NCBI GenBank assembly: GCA_963771465.1
Contig: CAVYTU010000017.1
Coordinates: 992,001 to 1,056,000, forward strand
DNA from: an uncultured delta proteobacterium
GTDB taxonomy: Bacteria; Desulfobacterota; Binatia; UBA9968
Reading direction: 5' to 3'
Length of the DNA stretch: 64,000 bases
The notes below the pieces were generated by a model, which did not search any database, was not told where the DNA came from, and was given only the letters and a program-made list of their open reading frames with translations. Positions 38,334 through 48,381 of this stretch are shown piece by piece. Each line of letters opens with the position of its first letter. Within the stretch, counting starts at the first letter, position 1. The translations under genes and the position numbers were made by a program.

Positions 38334-39905
38334 TTAGAATTTGACGAAAATCTCTTTCGCTTCATCGCCGGTTAACTGCTTGATTGTCGAAATCCTGTCG
38401 CTGAATTCCTTCAGCGTCCCGAGAGAAGCCGGGCCCATATCGATCAAGATGGAAAACAGCGAAAAGCCGAGCTTTTCCTTTTCTTCGCGAAAAGTTTCCG
38501 CCCATTGGGGATCGACCTGGCACTCGCCGTCGGTGATGAAGATGATGTCGCCCTTTTTGAAGCGCGATTCGCGCAAGCAATGAAGCGCGGCGTCGAGGGG
38601 TTTTTGAAAATCCGTGCCGCCGCCGGGAAAATATTCCGCCAAGTCCATGATCGTCTTGGTTTCGACCTCGTAACGGTCGCGCGGGTTCATGTCGAGGACT
38701 TGGAGCGGCGTCTCCGCGGAAGAGAAACAGATCGAGCGAAACAGGCGGCGCTGTTTGCGGGCGATTTCTAAAAGCGTGAGCGTTACGGCCTTGGACCAAA
38801 TCTCTTTGTCACCGGACATAGACGAGCTGCCATCGAGACAGACGATCATCGGCCCTTTGCCTTTTTCTTCGACGCCGCGGAGCGAGTATTGGATCAATTC
38901 CTGGTCGAGAAAACGGCGGTAGAAATCTTTTCGTAATACCGGATGGTGCAGGCTCAACATCTCGTGCGGCAGCAGGCGGTGGAGCGCGTCGCCTTGCTCG
39001 ACTTCGAGCAGCTCTTCGCTGGAGCGCTCGAAGACTTTTTTGCGCAACCCCTGGGCGTGAAACTTCATGCGTCCGACCATGCGGGCTAGTTTCTTTAGCT
39101 TCTCATTGCCCGCTAGACGCCGGCCGAGTTCGAGTTTCTGTCCCGGCGGTGACTTCTCGCCCGTACCGATCGTGTTACCCCAAGTTTCGGCTTCCTCGGT
39201 AGCATCTTCCAACTGCTGGGCGACTTTGATCGCTTCGGCCTGCATGCGATTGGCCGCTTGGGATTCGATCTTCTTGAGATCTTCCTTGAGCTGCTGAGTC
39301 TTATGGCGCAACAATGCCTCCGCGCCTTGAACTTCGCCGCCCATTTTTTCCTTGGCTTTTTGCAGCGCCTTTTTACCTTCTTCTGAGAGTTGATTTTCGG
39401 GGATCGTGTCGGCGTTGTCGTATTCTTCGATTTTCTCCGAGACGATTTCTTCCTGCTTTTGGATATCCCAGAGATCGCGCATGTCGCGCCGGTTTAGCAA
39501 TTTCTCTTCACGAATCATTGCCAGCAGCCGCTCACCGAGAAGTAACGTCGACAGGCCGGCGTGGGCTTCGTTCAACAATGTTTGCTCGCGGAGAAATTCA
39601 TATTGGGCGCCGTTGTGGATCGCTTGGAGAAAATTGCGATTGAGCAGCGCGCTGGGCAGAACTTCGCTGTCTGCGTAATACTTTGTGTTGTATTTGAATA
39701 GCAGAGAAAAAATATCTTGTAGCAGCGAACCGAAGTGAGGCAGCAGGGTAGAGCCCGCCGATTCTAGCTCGCGGAGCGATGGCGCTTCGGAGCGTAAATG
39801 CTCCCAGACGCGCCGATCGTAAGCGTCGTGCTCGATCCAAAAAGTGTTTTTCGGCAGCGGCTGGAAAACTCTTTTGACAGGCTTACTAGGCGAAGTAGGT
39901 GGCAT
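38334..39905 (-). CDS. VWA-domain protein, ViaA-like
   Basis: KGPMIVCLDGSSSM (MIDAS DxSxS), GGGTDF, IIFITDG; directly downstream of a RavA-like ATPase. Confidence 0.9.
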   Translation of the reverse strand: MPPTSPSKPVKRVFQPLPKNTFWIEHDAYDRRVWEHLRSEAPSLRELESAGSTLLPHFGSLLQDIFSLLFKYNTKYYADSEVLPSALLNRNFLQAIHNGAQYEFLREQTLLNEAHAGLSTLLLGERLLAMIREEKLLNRRDMRDLWDIQKQEEIVSEKIEEYDNADTIPENQLSEEGKKALQKAKEKMGGEVQGAEALLRHKTQQLKEDLKKIESQAANRMQAEAIKVAQQLEDATEEAETWGNTIGTGEKSPPGQKLELGRRLAGNEKLKKLARMVGRMKFHAQGLRKKVFERSSEELLEVEQGDALHRLLPHEMLSLHHPVLRKDFYRRFLDQELIQYSLRGVEEKGKGPMIVCLDGSSSMSGDKEIWSKAVTLTLLEIARKQRRLFRSICFSSAETPLQVLDMNPRDRYEVETKTIMDLAEYFPGGGTDFQKPLDAALHCLRESRFKKGDIIFITDGECQVDPQWAETFREEKEKLGFSLFSILIDMGPASLGTLKEFSDRISTIKQLTGDEAKEIFVKF

Positions 39906-39968
39906 TGGATCACTTACGCCAAGACGTGCACGGCATCAGTGTGCGTCATCCGACTCGGCGCTGCGCAT

Positions 39969-41087
39969 TCAAAACTGCTCGAGCATCTCTTTTTGCAGCT
40001 GCTCGATCTCGCCACGCACGGAATTCACCCGATCGAGTGGGCGGCCCATACGCTCGGCTTTTTCCATGATCTGGTCTACTTTGTTCATGATGTTTCTCAG
40101 TTTGGTGTGATATTCGATCAGCGCGCGGGCGCGCTCGTCGCTAGTGCGCCCCGGTTTAAGCGCGGCCTCGCGAATCTCGCGCGACTCGTAGAGCAACTCG
40201 GTGATTTCTTCTTCGTAGCCGAGCAATAGCTCGCGGATCGTGCCCCGCACCTGCTCATGCTCAGCGGGATCGCGCCAAAGGACATGCTCAAGAAAGAAGA
40301 GATGCTTCTCGTAAACTTCAGCTTCGCCGTCGAGGTAGGCGTAGGCTTGCAGCAGCGCCAGCGATTGACGGTAGCGGCGATCCGAGGCGAGGATATTTTT
40401 CTTGTTTAGCTCGCGCCGAATATCAGCGATGCCGCGGTAGACATGGGACGGAATGGTGATTTGTCCGGCCTGGGATTGAAGCTCGGTGAGTTCCGCCAGC
40501 GTGAGCGTGGTTCGCTCCGCCGCCTTCTGCGACTCCAGCATACGGAGAAAACGGAAATCCTCGGCGATGTAACCGACCACGAATCTGACGAGAAAACGGT
40601 CGTAGAGCGCGGTTAGCTCTTCTTCTTCCGGGAGTTCATTGCTGGCGCCGAAAAGCGTCAGGAGCGGCACTTTGACAATCTCTTTGCCGTTGTGAAACAG
40701 CCGTTCGTTGATCAAGGTGAGAATCGAATTCAAGATCGACGAGTTCGCTTTGAAAATCTCATCCAGAAAGGCGATATGCGCTTCCGGCAGTTTACGGTCG
40801 GTCACGCGGCGGTAGTCGTCCTGCTCCAATGCCTTCAGACTCACCGCCCCGAAAATCTCTTCCGGCGTGGTGAAACGCGTCAGCAGCCATTGAAAATAAT
40901 TCGCCCCCTCGATACGCCGGCACAGCTCGTCGGCGAGCATCGACTTGGCTGTGCCCGGCGGGCCGATGATCAACAAATGATGCGACGCCAGCAGCGCGGC
41001 GAGGGCACCGTCGATTAAGTCGGCGCGCTCTAAAAACGTTTGTTTAAGCTCGTCGCGAATCTTTTTCAGTTTTTCTTGGGCAGTCAT
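39969..41087 (-). CDS. MoxR-family AAA+ ATPase, RavA-like
   Basis: GPPGTAKS, LLTRFTTPEEIFG, FLDEIFKANSSILN, GASNELP, ALYDRF, SDRR. Confidence 0.93.
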   Translation of the reverse strand: MTAQEKLKKIRDELKQTFLERADLIDGALAALLASHHLLIIGPPGTAKSMLADELCRRIEGANYFQWLLTRFTTPEEIFGAVSLKALEQDDYRRVTDRKLPEAHIAFLDEIFKANSSILNSILTLINERLFHNGKEIVKVPLLTLFGASNELPEEEELTALYDRFLVRFVVGYIAEDFRFLRMLESQKAAERTTLTLAELTELQSQAGQITIPSHVYRGIADIRRELNKKNILASDRRYRQSLALLQAYAYLDGEAEVYEKHLFFLEHVLWRDPAEHEQVRGTIRELLLGYEEEITELLYESREIREAALKPGRTSDERARALIEYHTKLRNIMNKVDQIMEKAERMGRPLDRVNSVRGEIEQLQKEMLEQF

Positions 41088-41197
41088 GGGTAACAATTTT
41101 CTTCAGATTAACAAAGGAATAGTACAGAAACAATCAATAGACATTCCGCGGGCTTTTGGATATTGAGGATGTACTACTGCGGCAGGAGGTCGGTTCG

Positions 41198-42217
41198 ATG
41201 AAGAAACGCTGGATTCTGACTATCGTTCAGGTTTGCTCGATATTCTTATCGGGCGTGCCGCTCTTGGCTCAGGACGCCAAACTCATCGAAGCGGCGAAGA
41301 AGGAAGGCGGTAAGGTCGTTGTTTATGGGTCCATTGAAAACGACACCATGGATTTGATCGGCGCGGCGTTCAAAAAGAAGACAGGACTGGAGGTAGAGTT
41401 CTGGCGCGCGGCATCGACCAAAGTGATGGACCGCGTGCTCGGCGAAACCCGCACTGGGAAACCGCTTTACGACGTCGTGCTGACGACCACACCGCCGATG
41501 GAGTTCATGTTCAATGAGGGCGGGTTGTCCAAGTATGATTCGCCGTCGGCGAAATTTTTTCCCAAGGAAGTCATGCACCCCAACCTCGGCCCGCAGTATC
41601 GCAACGCCGTAATCGGTATCCTCTATCACTCCGGTATCGTCAAGGCGGCGGATGCGCCGAAATCGTTGGAAGACCTACTCAAGCCCCAGTACCGCGGCAA
41701 ACTCGTCATGCCCGACGCCAGTCTACACACGACGACGGCGCAGTGGTTGGCGAGTTTGCATAAAGTCATGGGCAGCAAGGAGCGCGCGGACAAATTCATC
41801 CGCGACCTAGCGGCGACTAAACCGCTGTTGGTGGATTCACTGACGCCGGCCGGCGAGCGAGTTACTACAGGCGAGACGCCCATCGGTATCGGTTTTCTCA
41901 AGAATGTCGTCTTCTACGGCCAGAAAGGCGTGCCGATCGATTACGTCAGGCTCGGTAAGTTTATGGGCGACGGTCAAGCTGTGGCGCTCGCGGCGAAACC
42001 GGTCCATGGCAATGCGGGTAAAGCATTTATCGATTATTTCATCGGCGAAGATGGACTCAAAATCATGGCCGGCATCGGCGAGTTCGTCACGCGCAAAGGC
42101 ATCTACCCACCAATCCCAGACGCCAATAAAATCGAATTGGTCGAGATGATCGACATGGATAAGAAGGCCTACACGGAAAAGATGGCCGAGTATAAGAAGA
42201 TATTCTTGCAGCAATGA
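41198..42217 (+). CDS. ABC substrate-binding protein (iron/thiamine class)
   Basis: AGGAGG RBS, signal peptide, LIEAAKKEGGKVVVY, PKSLEDLLKPQYRGK. Confidence 0.9.
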   Translation: MKKRWILTIVQVCSIFLSGVPLLAQDAKLIEAAKKEGGKVVVYGSIENDTMDLIGAAFKKKTGLEVEFWRAASTKVMDRVLGETRTGKPLYDVVLTTTPPMEFMFNEGGLSKYDSPSAKFFPKEVMHPNLGPQYRNAVIGILYHSGIVKAADAPKSLEDLLKPQYRGKLVMPDASLHTTTAQWLASLHKVMGSKERADKFIRDLAATKPLLVDSLTPAGERVTTGETPIGIGFLKNVVFYGQKGVPIDYVRLGKFMGDGQAVALAAKPVHGNAGKAFIDYFIGEDGLKIMAGIGEFVTRKGIYPPIPDANKIELVEMIDMDKKAYTEKMAEYKKIFLQQ

Positions 42218-42226
42218 TGGGTTAGT

Positions 42227-42266
42227 CGTTCAAAACGTTCAAGCCGTTCAAATAGTTGAAATCGTT
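42227..42266 (+). repeat. Nonamer tandem repeat (CGTTCAANN), single arm
   Basis: CGTTCAAAA CGTTCAAGC CGTTCAAAT AGTTGAAAT CGTT. Confidence 0.8.
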
Positions 42267-42292
42267 TTCACGGTTTATAGTGGAGGATTCTC

Positions 42293-43872
42293 GTGGTTGA
42301 TGGCGAATGGGACGTGATCCTGATCGGCGCGGGGCAAAATAATTTTGCTCTCGGCACTTACCTCGGCAAAGCCGGCTTGAAGACGGTGATTTGCGAGAGT
42401 CGGCTCGAGAACGGTGGACGGCTCGCCAGCGAAGAGATCACTCGGCCCGGTTACTGGCACAACACGCTCGCCTACTTCCAAGACAATCGCGAAGTGTCGC
42501 CGCCTTGGCGCGAGCTCGATTGGGACAACGGCCATCACGCTGAGTTCATTTCGCCGCCGGTGATCAGCTCGTTATTGCTTTCCGATGGCAGCTCGGTGTC
42601 GCAGCATCAGTCGCTGGAGCAGACGGTCACTTCGATCAAGAAAATCTCCACTCGAGATGGCGAAGCTTGGCGCGAAACTCACCATCGCTATTACCAACTG
42701 ATCCGCGATTATCTGATTCCCTACTATTACCAGGCGCCTCAAAGCGGCAAGACAATTTTGCAAAAGCTCGATTTCGCACCGGCGGGTAGAGAGTTCATAC
42801 GCCTTTGGCACATGACGCCGCGCCAAGTGGTGGATGAGCTGTTCGAGGCCGATGCGGTGAAGACGTTGGTACTTTCCCAGATGGCCATTCCGCGCGGCGT
42901 AGGCGTTGATTACGCCGGTGGTGGCATCGAAGTCTTAAAGATGATCGCCGGCGATGAAAGACCCGAGCTGGCGCGCGGCGGCGTCCCATTCCATCGCGCA
43001 AGTGTTGCAGCGCGCCTACGTTCACAACGGCGGGCAGATTCGCGCCGTGCATCACGTTGAAAAAATTTTCGTCAATGACGACGGACGCGCCGTGGGCGTG
43101 CGGTTACGCGACGGCCGCGAGTGGCAAGCGCGCTTGGCGGTGGTTTCCAATAGCGATCCTTATTCCACTTTCGTTGAAATGGTTGGCGAGGATTATCTGC
43201 CGCGGACGTTTGTCGAACGGGTTAAAGACATCCAGGTCGATGAGTTTTCATATTTCCAAGTTCACGTCGCTTTGAAAGCGCCGGTGCGTTACGCGCTTCA
43301 CGAAGCGAACGATCCGTCCGTCGGTCAGGCGATGAACGTGAACATCGGACCCGAGAAGCCATCGGATATTGACGAGCATGTGGCAAGAGATTCGCGCTGG
43401 TGAGTTTCCGGAGCATGCTTGTCTGCATGCGATATGTCCGACCGCGTTCGATCCATTGCAGGCGCCGCGCGGCAAACACGCCGCGTCGGTGTTCATGCCG
43501 GTGCCGTTTCAATTGAAGGGCAAAAAGCCGGAGGATTGGGTCAAGCTCAAGAACGGTTTCATGGACAGCGTTTTGAAAATCTGGCGCCGCTGCGCGACCA
43601 ATCTCACCGATGAGAACATCGAAATGAAAGTAGCCATGGAGCCGCACTATATGTCCGGCCGCTGGCCCAACATGCGCCGCGGTTCGGTCTGGGTGGCGCG
43701 CAAAATTCCGACGCAGATGGGTGAGCAGCGGCCGATCGAACAAATCTCCGACTACCGCACGCCGATCGCGGGACTTTATCAAGTCGGCGCGGCGATGCAT
43801 CCAGCCGATGCGGTCATCGCGGGCTCGGGGTATAACTGCTGGCGGGCGATGAAAGAGGATTTGAAACTTTAG
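42293..43872 (+). CDS. Phytoene desaturase-like FAD oxidoreductase 1; frameshifts near 42983 and 43377
   Basis: DVILIGAG, ARGG/SHSIA junction, VVSN, DPLQAPRGKH, YRTPIAGLY; three ORF-track pieces join into one collinear protein. Confidence 0.85.
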
Positions 43873-43879
43873 TAATCTC

Positions 43880-43973
43880 TGAAACGTTTCGAACGGCTTG
43901 AACGATTGCCACGATTTGAACCACGCCGTCCTTCAAGTCGTTCAAATAGTTCAAAACGTTCAGGCCGTTTCGG
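43880..43973. repeat. Inverted nonamer tandem-repeat hairpin (TTGAACG/CGTTCAA)
   Basis: About five 9-nt units per arm in opposite orientation between the two oxidoreductase genes. Confidence 0.8.
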
Positions 43974-43983
43974 ACCGGATGTT

Positions 43984-45607
43984 ATGGCGAAAATTTTGGA
44001 ATACGACGGCGTTGTCATCGGCGCGGGGCATAACGGCATGATTTGCGCCGGCTATCTGGCCAAGTGCGGCCAGAAGATCATGGTCGTCGAGAAAAATATG
44101 GAAGTCGGCGGCGGGCTCGATTCCCACGAAGACCGCAACTATGCCGGCTTTTGGCATAACATTCATTCCGTATTCCACCGCGGCTTGATGATGCTGCCGT
44201 GGTACAGGGATCTCGAGCTGGAGAACTTCGGCATTCATTACTATCGCCCCGATCCCGGCGTGGTGCATCACTTTATCGACAAGACGTATCTTGGCTGGTT
44301 TTCCGACGTGAAGAAAACCGTCGAGACCATCGAGCGCTTTTCGAAAAAAGACGCCGCGTCCTTCATGGACATCTGGACGCGCTGGCAGCCGGTGGTGCAG
44401 AAAATTGTTTTCACCGAAACCTACGCCGTGCCGCTAGCGTTCGAAGAAAAGAAACCGCTGTTGGAAAAGACGATCGAAGGCCGAGAGTATCTGAAGTATT
44501 TCGACACCACGCCGGAGGAGTTTGTTCTCAAACACTTTGAGCATCCGCGCGTGCGCGCGTTTATCGGCTTCCTTGGCGTGATGCGCGGCTATGAGCTCGA
44601 TGCGCCGCAGACCGGCTACCTGATTCCCGCGATGATCGCCTGGGGCGTCAATCCGCAACTGTGCCGCGGCACGTCGCATGCGTTGGGAGACAATCTGGCG
44701 CACATGATGTCGCATAATCACGTCGACTACATCGAGGCCAATGGCGTCGAACGAATTCTGGTGGAGAAAGGGCAGGCGACCGCGGTCGTATTGGAAGACG
44801 GCACGGTGATCAAGGCGCGCAAGTTCATCGCGTCGAACGTGAATCCGGTCGAAACATTCATCAAGCTGGTGGGGCGAGAAAATTTGGACAAGAAGTTCGC
44901 CGATCTGGCGGACGGATTTCGTTTTTCCAAGACGACGCCAATCTTCGCGACCAATTTAGCTCTAAACGAACGGCCCAAGTACATCACTGAAGAAAAATAT
45001 CCCGAAGTCGCAGCTTCGTTCATGCACATCGTCGGCCTGGATGACTACGAAGACTTGCAAAACCTATTCGAAGATTGCCGCACCGGGCAACTGCCGCGCA
45101 AGCCCTTCATGAACGGCGCGACGCCGTCGTTTCACGATCCGACCCAGGCGCCGCCGGGTAAAGCGACGGCGTTTATGTGGCAATTGATGACGTACAATCT
45201 GTGGGGCAATCCCTTGAACTGGGACAAAGCGCGCGACGATTGGTTTAAAAAGCAACTGGCGGTTTGGCAAAAGTTCGCGCCGAACTTGGACGAGGCTAAT
45301 ATTCTCTCGACCGATTCAACGACGCCGCTCGATATCGAACGTCACGACAAGAATATGTACTGCGGCGACTGGATGGTCGGTGAGTACTCCGGCGATCAAG
45401 CGCTGGAGAACCGGCCGTTCCCCGGTTGGGGACAATATCAGAACGCCCATCGACGGGCTATTCATGTGCGGATCGTCGTGTCATCCCGGCGGCAATATCA
45501 CCGGCGCTCCCGGTTACAACGCGGCGAAAGTGATCGCTGAGTCGCTTGGACTCAAGACGTGGTGGAATCCAGTAGACTTTCGCGAACATCTGAAGGGACT
45601 GAGATGA
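43984..45607 (+). CDS. Phytoene desaturase-like FAD oxidoreductase 2; frameshift at 45439
   Basis: VIGAGHNG, DPTQAPPGK, TPLDIE; Y/RTPIDGLFMCGSSCHPGG continues in the +1 frame. Confidence 0.87.
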
Positions 45608-45615
45608 AGACTAGT

Positions 45616-45694
45616 TGGAATATTGGAGTAATGGAGTGGTGGAGTGATGGGTCCGGTACCCAATACCCCAGTACTCCAACACTCCATCACTCCA
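45616..45694. repeat. Inverted octamer tandem-repeat hairpin (TGGAGTNN/NNACTCCA)
   Basis: tggaatat tggagtaa tggagtgg tggagtga tggg - short loop - cccaatac cccagtac tccaacac tccatcac tcca. Confidence 0.85.
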
Positions 45695-45704
45695 GGGGGC
45701 GGTT

Positions 45705-46449
45705 ATGAGATTGGCTGATCGAGTTGCCATCGTCACCGGCGGCGCGCGCCATATCGGCGCGGCGTATTGCCGACGCTTAGCCGAAGAAGGCGCCGCGGTG
45801 GTCATCGCCGATATACTCGACGGTGAGCCGGTGGCGCAGGAGATTCGGGCGAAAGGTGGCAAAGCGTTGGCGCTCAAAGATCGATGTGTCGAATGAAGAC
45901 GACACAAACCGCATGGCTGCCGAAGCGGTGAAAGCATTCGGCCGGATCGATATCCTCGTCAACAACGCGGCGATCTTCATCAACATCCAACGCCATCCGT
46001 TTTATGAAATCACTGGCGAGGAGTGGGACAAGGTCTCCGCCGTGAATATCAAAGGCCCGTTTCTCTGCGCCAAAGCGGTCTTCCCGCAGATGAAAGAGCA
46101 GAAGAGCGGCAAGATTATCAACATCTCGTCGTCGACCGCGTACTGGGGCACGCCCAACTTTCTCCACTACGTGGCGTCGAAAGCCGCACTTATCGGGATG
46201 ACCCGGTCATTGGCGCGTGAAGTCGGCGCGTACGGCATTTGCGTCAACGCAATCGCACCGGGTTTAGTCGAACACGAAGGGCAGAACGCTCCCAAGGCGC
46301 TCACGGAATTGCAGCTCAAAGAGAGATCCATCAAGCGGCTGCAAACGCCTCAAGATTTAATGGGCACGCTCGTGTTTCTATGTTCGTCTGACAGCGATTT
46401 CATGACGGGGCAATCGATTGTGGTGGATGGCGGAAGTATTTTTCATTGA
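45705..46449 (+). CDS. SDR family oxidoreductase; frameshift near 45878
   Basis: VTGGARHIG in the first frame; DVS, NNAA, YVASK, VNAIAPG, VDGG in the +1 frame. Confidence 0.88.
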
Positions 46450-46641
46450 CTATGTCATGGTTTCACATGCCGAACAGTCGCCTGTTCCGCGACGTAAAGA
46501 TTGAGATACAGGCGCGCCTTTGCTGGGAAGGGGAGATTGAGCGAGGGGCGACAGATGCTACTTGAGCAACTGCCTCATGCGATCGGTTGGTTTGACCCCA
46601 TGAAAGTTTGATAGAGGGAGCTTTAGGCGTGTTGGAAATAC

Positions 46642-46665
46642 GCACCGGCTCTTTCGAGCCGGTGC
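46642..46665. terminator. Perfect hairpin just downstream of the amidohydrolase stop
   Basis: GCACCGGCTC-TTTC-GAGCCGGTGC; weak U-tract on the minus strand. Confidence 0.6.
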
Positions 46666-46675
46666 TTCTGACCTC

Positions 46676-47759
46676 TTACTGCACCGGACTCGGCACCGGA
46701 ATGTTGTAAAGCTTGGCGACGTTTTCCCGCACGAGTTTTGCGCGCAACGGGGCGGGAAGATCCCCTAGATCTCGGGCGACGATCTTGACGAGAGTTGGGC
46801 CAGGTCGAGTTGCCATGTGGGAAGTCGTTGGACCACATGCAGTTGTCGGCGCCCCACCAGTTGAGGATATGGCCGCCGACGGCGTCGTTGAAGAAAGTGG
46901 TGTAGATCTGGTTGTGGAAGTATTCGCTCGGCAGTTTCTTGATCGCTAAGCCTTCGCGATTGGCGCCGTGGCGTTTGAAGTAGTAGTCCCACTGCTCCAA
47001 GACAAACGGAATCCAGCCGAGCTCGTTCTCCACTAGGACCACCTTTAGTTTTGGAAAGCGTTCCAACACGCCGGAATAGATCAACTCATAGAGGCTATCG
47101 ACCGACTGAAAGAGTTTCATGTTGACGCTATTGTGCTCCGAAGTCAGGCCGGTTGGGGTATCTTTGAGACCGACCGAACGGCTACGGCTGTAGCCATGGC
47201 CGCTCAAGATGTGCAGGTTCACCGACATGTCGAGGTCCTGAGAGGTGGCCCAGAACTTGTCATAGTGCGACGAGGAGAAAGGCAGTTCCGGCGGCGGCAC
47301 CTGCCAGATCACCGAGCCGCGCATGCCAGCCTTGCGGCAGCGCTCCAGCTCTTTCACGGCGCCGTCGATGTCGTACATCGATAACATCGAAATGCCGATC
47401 AGCCGGTCGGGCGCGGCGCTGCAGTAGTCGATCAGCCAATCGTTGTAAACTCGGCAGCAGGCCCCTTCCAACTCGTGATCGTCGAGGCTCAAGCACTTCA
47501 AACCGTGGGTCGGATAGAGCACTTCGGCGCTGACGCCGTCGGCGGCCATTTCGGCGACGCGCTTGTTCTTGTCCTGCGCACCACCGGGAGTGTCGTTGGG
47601 TCTTTGCCCGCCGAAGTCGGGAGCGCGGTCCTGAAAAGCTTTTGGCAGTTGTTTTTGCCACAGTCCTGCGGGCTCGATGACATGCGAGTCCGACGAGATG
47701 AGAACCTCATCGATGACAGTCTTTGACTCGCGCCCATAGGTTCGTTCGATAATGGCCAT
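46676..47759 (-). CDS. Amidohydrolase_2 family protein; frameshift near 46787
   Basis: ISSDSHVIEP, YNDWL, VNLH, ERFPKLKVVLVE, WSNDFPH; true C-terminus IVARDLG...RENVAKLYNI in the shifted frame ending at 46676. Confidence 0.88.
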
Positions 47760-47848
47760 GGTTCTGTTTCCTTTTTTGTGCAAATTTTCTGGCTGCTGTT
47801 TATCATTCAATACCTAGTCGCGGGGGCGGGCGCAAGAGGAAGTGGAAT

Positions 47849-48381
47849 AATGGAGAATGGAAAATTGAGAATGGATAATTTTCGGATGGAGATGCCGGGT
47901 TTTTCGCAAATGTTAGGTTGTTTAACTACGATTGTCACCATGGTACGAAGCCAGGAGGAATTCGAATTGAGAATTGAGAGTCGAAAAATGAAAGAGAATG
48001 TCGTCAAAGACAAATCTTTTGATTTCGCGCTGCGGGTAGTTAAGCTGGCGAAATTTCTTGAAGCAAGAAAAGGGAATTTGTTTTGTCTCGGCAAGTGCTT
48101 CGTAGTGGGACGGCGATCGGCGCGTTGGTCAGAGAGGCCGAGCACGCCGAGAGCAAAGCGGATTTCATTCACAAGATGAGCATCGCGCTGAAGGAAGCAA
48201 ACGAAACCTCGTACTGGTTGGAACTACTATACCAAGGCGAGTACATTGACAAAGAAAGCTTTCGAGTCGATCCGCTGCTGATAGCGAAGAGATCATCAAA
48301 TTATTGGTGGCGATCGTAAAAACTTCCAAAGTCTCAAAACGCTCCGAATAATTCTCCATTCTCAATTATCCATTATCCATT
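47849..48381. mobile_element. Putative cassette: 32-bp heptamer inverted repeats enclosing a four-helix-bundle gene
   Basis: 47849-47880 AATGGAGAATGGAAAATTGAGAATGGATAATT versus reverse complement of 48350-48381: 29 of 32 identical. Mobility is inferred, not shown. Confidence 0.6.
47988..48351 (+). CDS. Four helix bundle protein (23S rRNA-IVP/Avd-like family); indels near 48068 and 48262-48272
   Basis: MKENVVKDKSFDFALRVVKL / EFVLSRQVLRSGTAIGALVREAEHAESKADFIHKMSIALKEANETSYWLELL / EEIIKLLVAIVKT, a strong match to this family spread over three frames. Confidence 0.88.

Noticed and set aside
42293-45607. Carotenoid biosynthesis cluster
   Set aside because: No phytoene synthase or prenyltransferase; neighbours are transport and catabolic genes.
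35552-47987. N-terminal extensions in the ORF track (starts at 35552, 43906, 47778, 47810)
   Set aside because: They run through intergenic repeats or divergent regions; downstream ATGs match the family N-termini.
47988-48351. Diversity-generating retroelement or 23S rRNA intervening sequence suggested by the Avd/IVP-like gene
   Set aside because: No reverse transcriptase, no TR/VR pair and no rRNA sequence are visible in the window.
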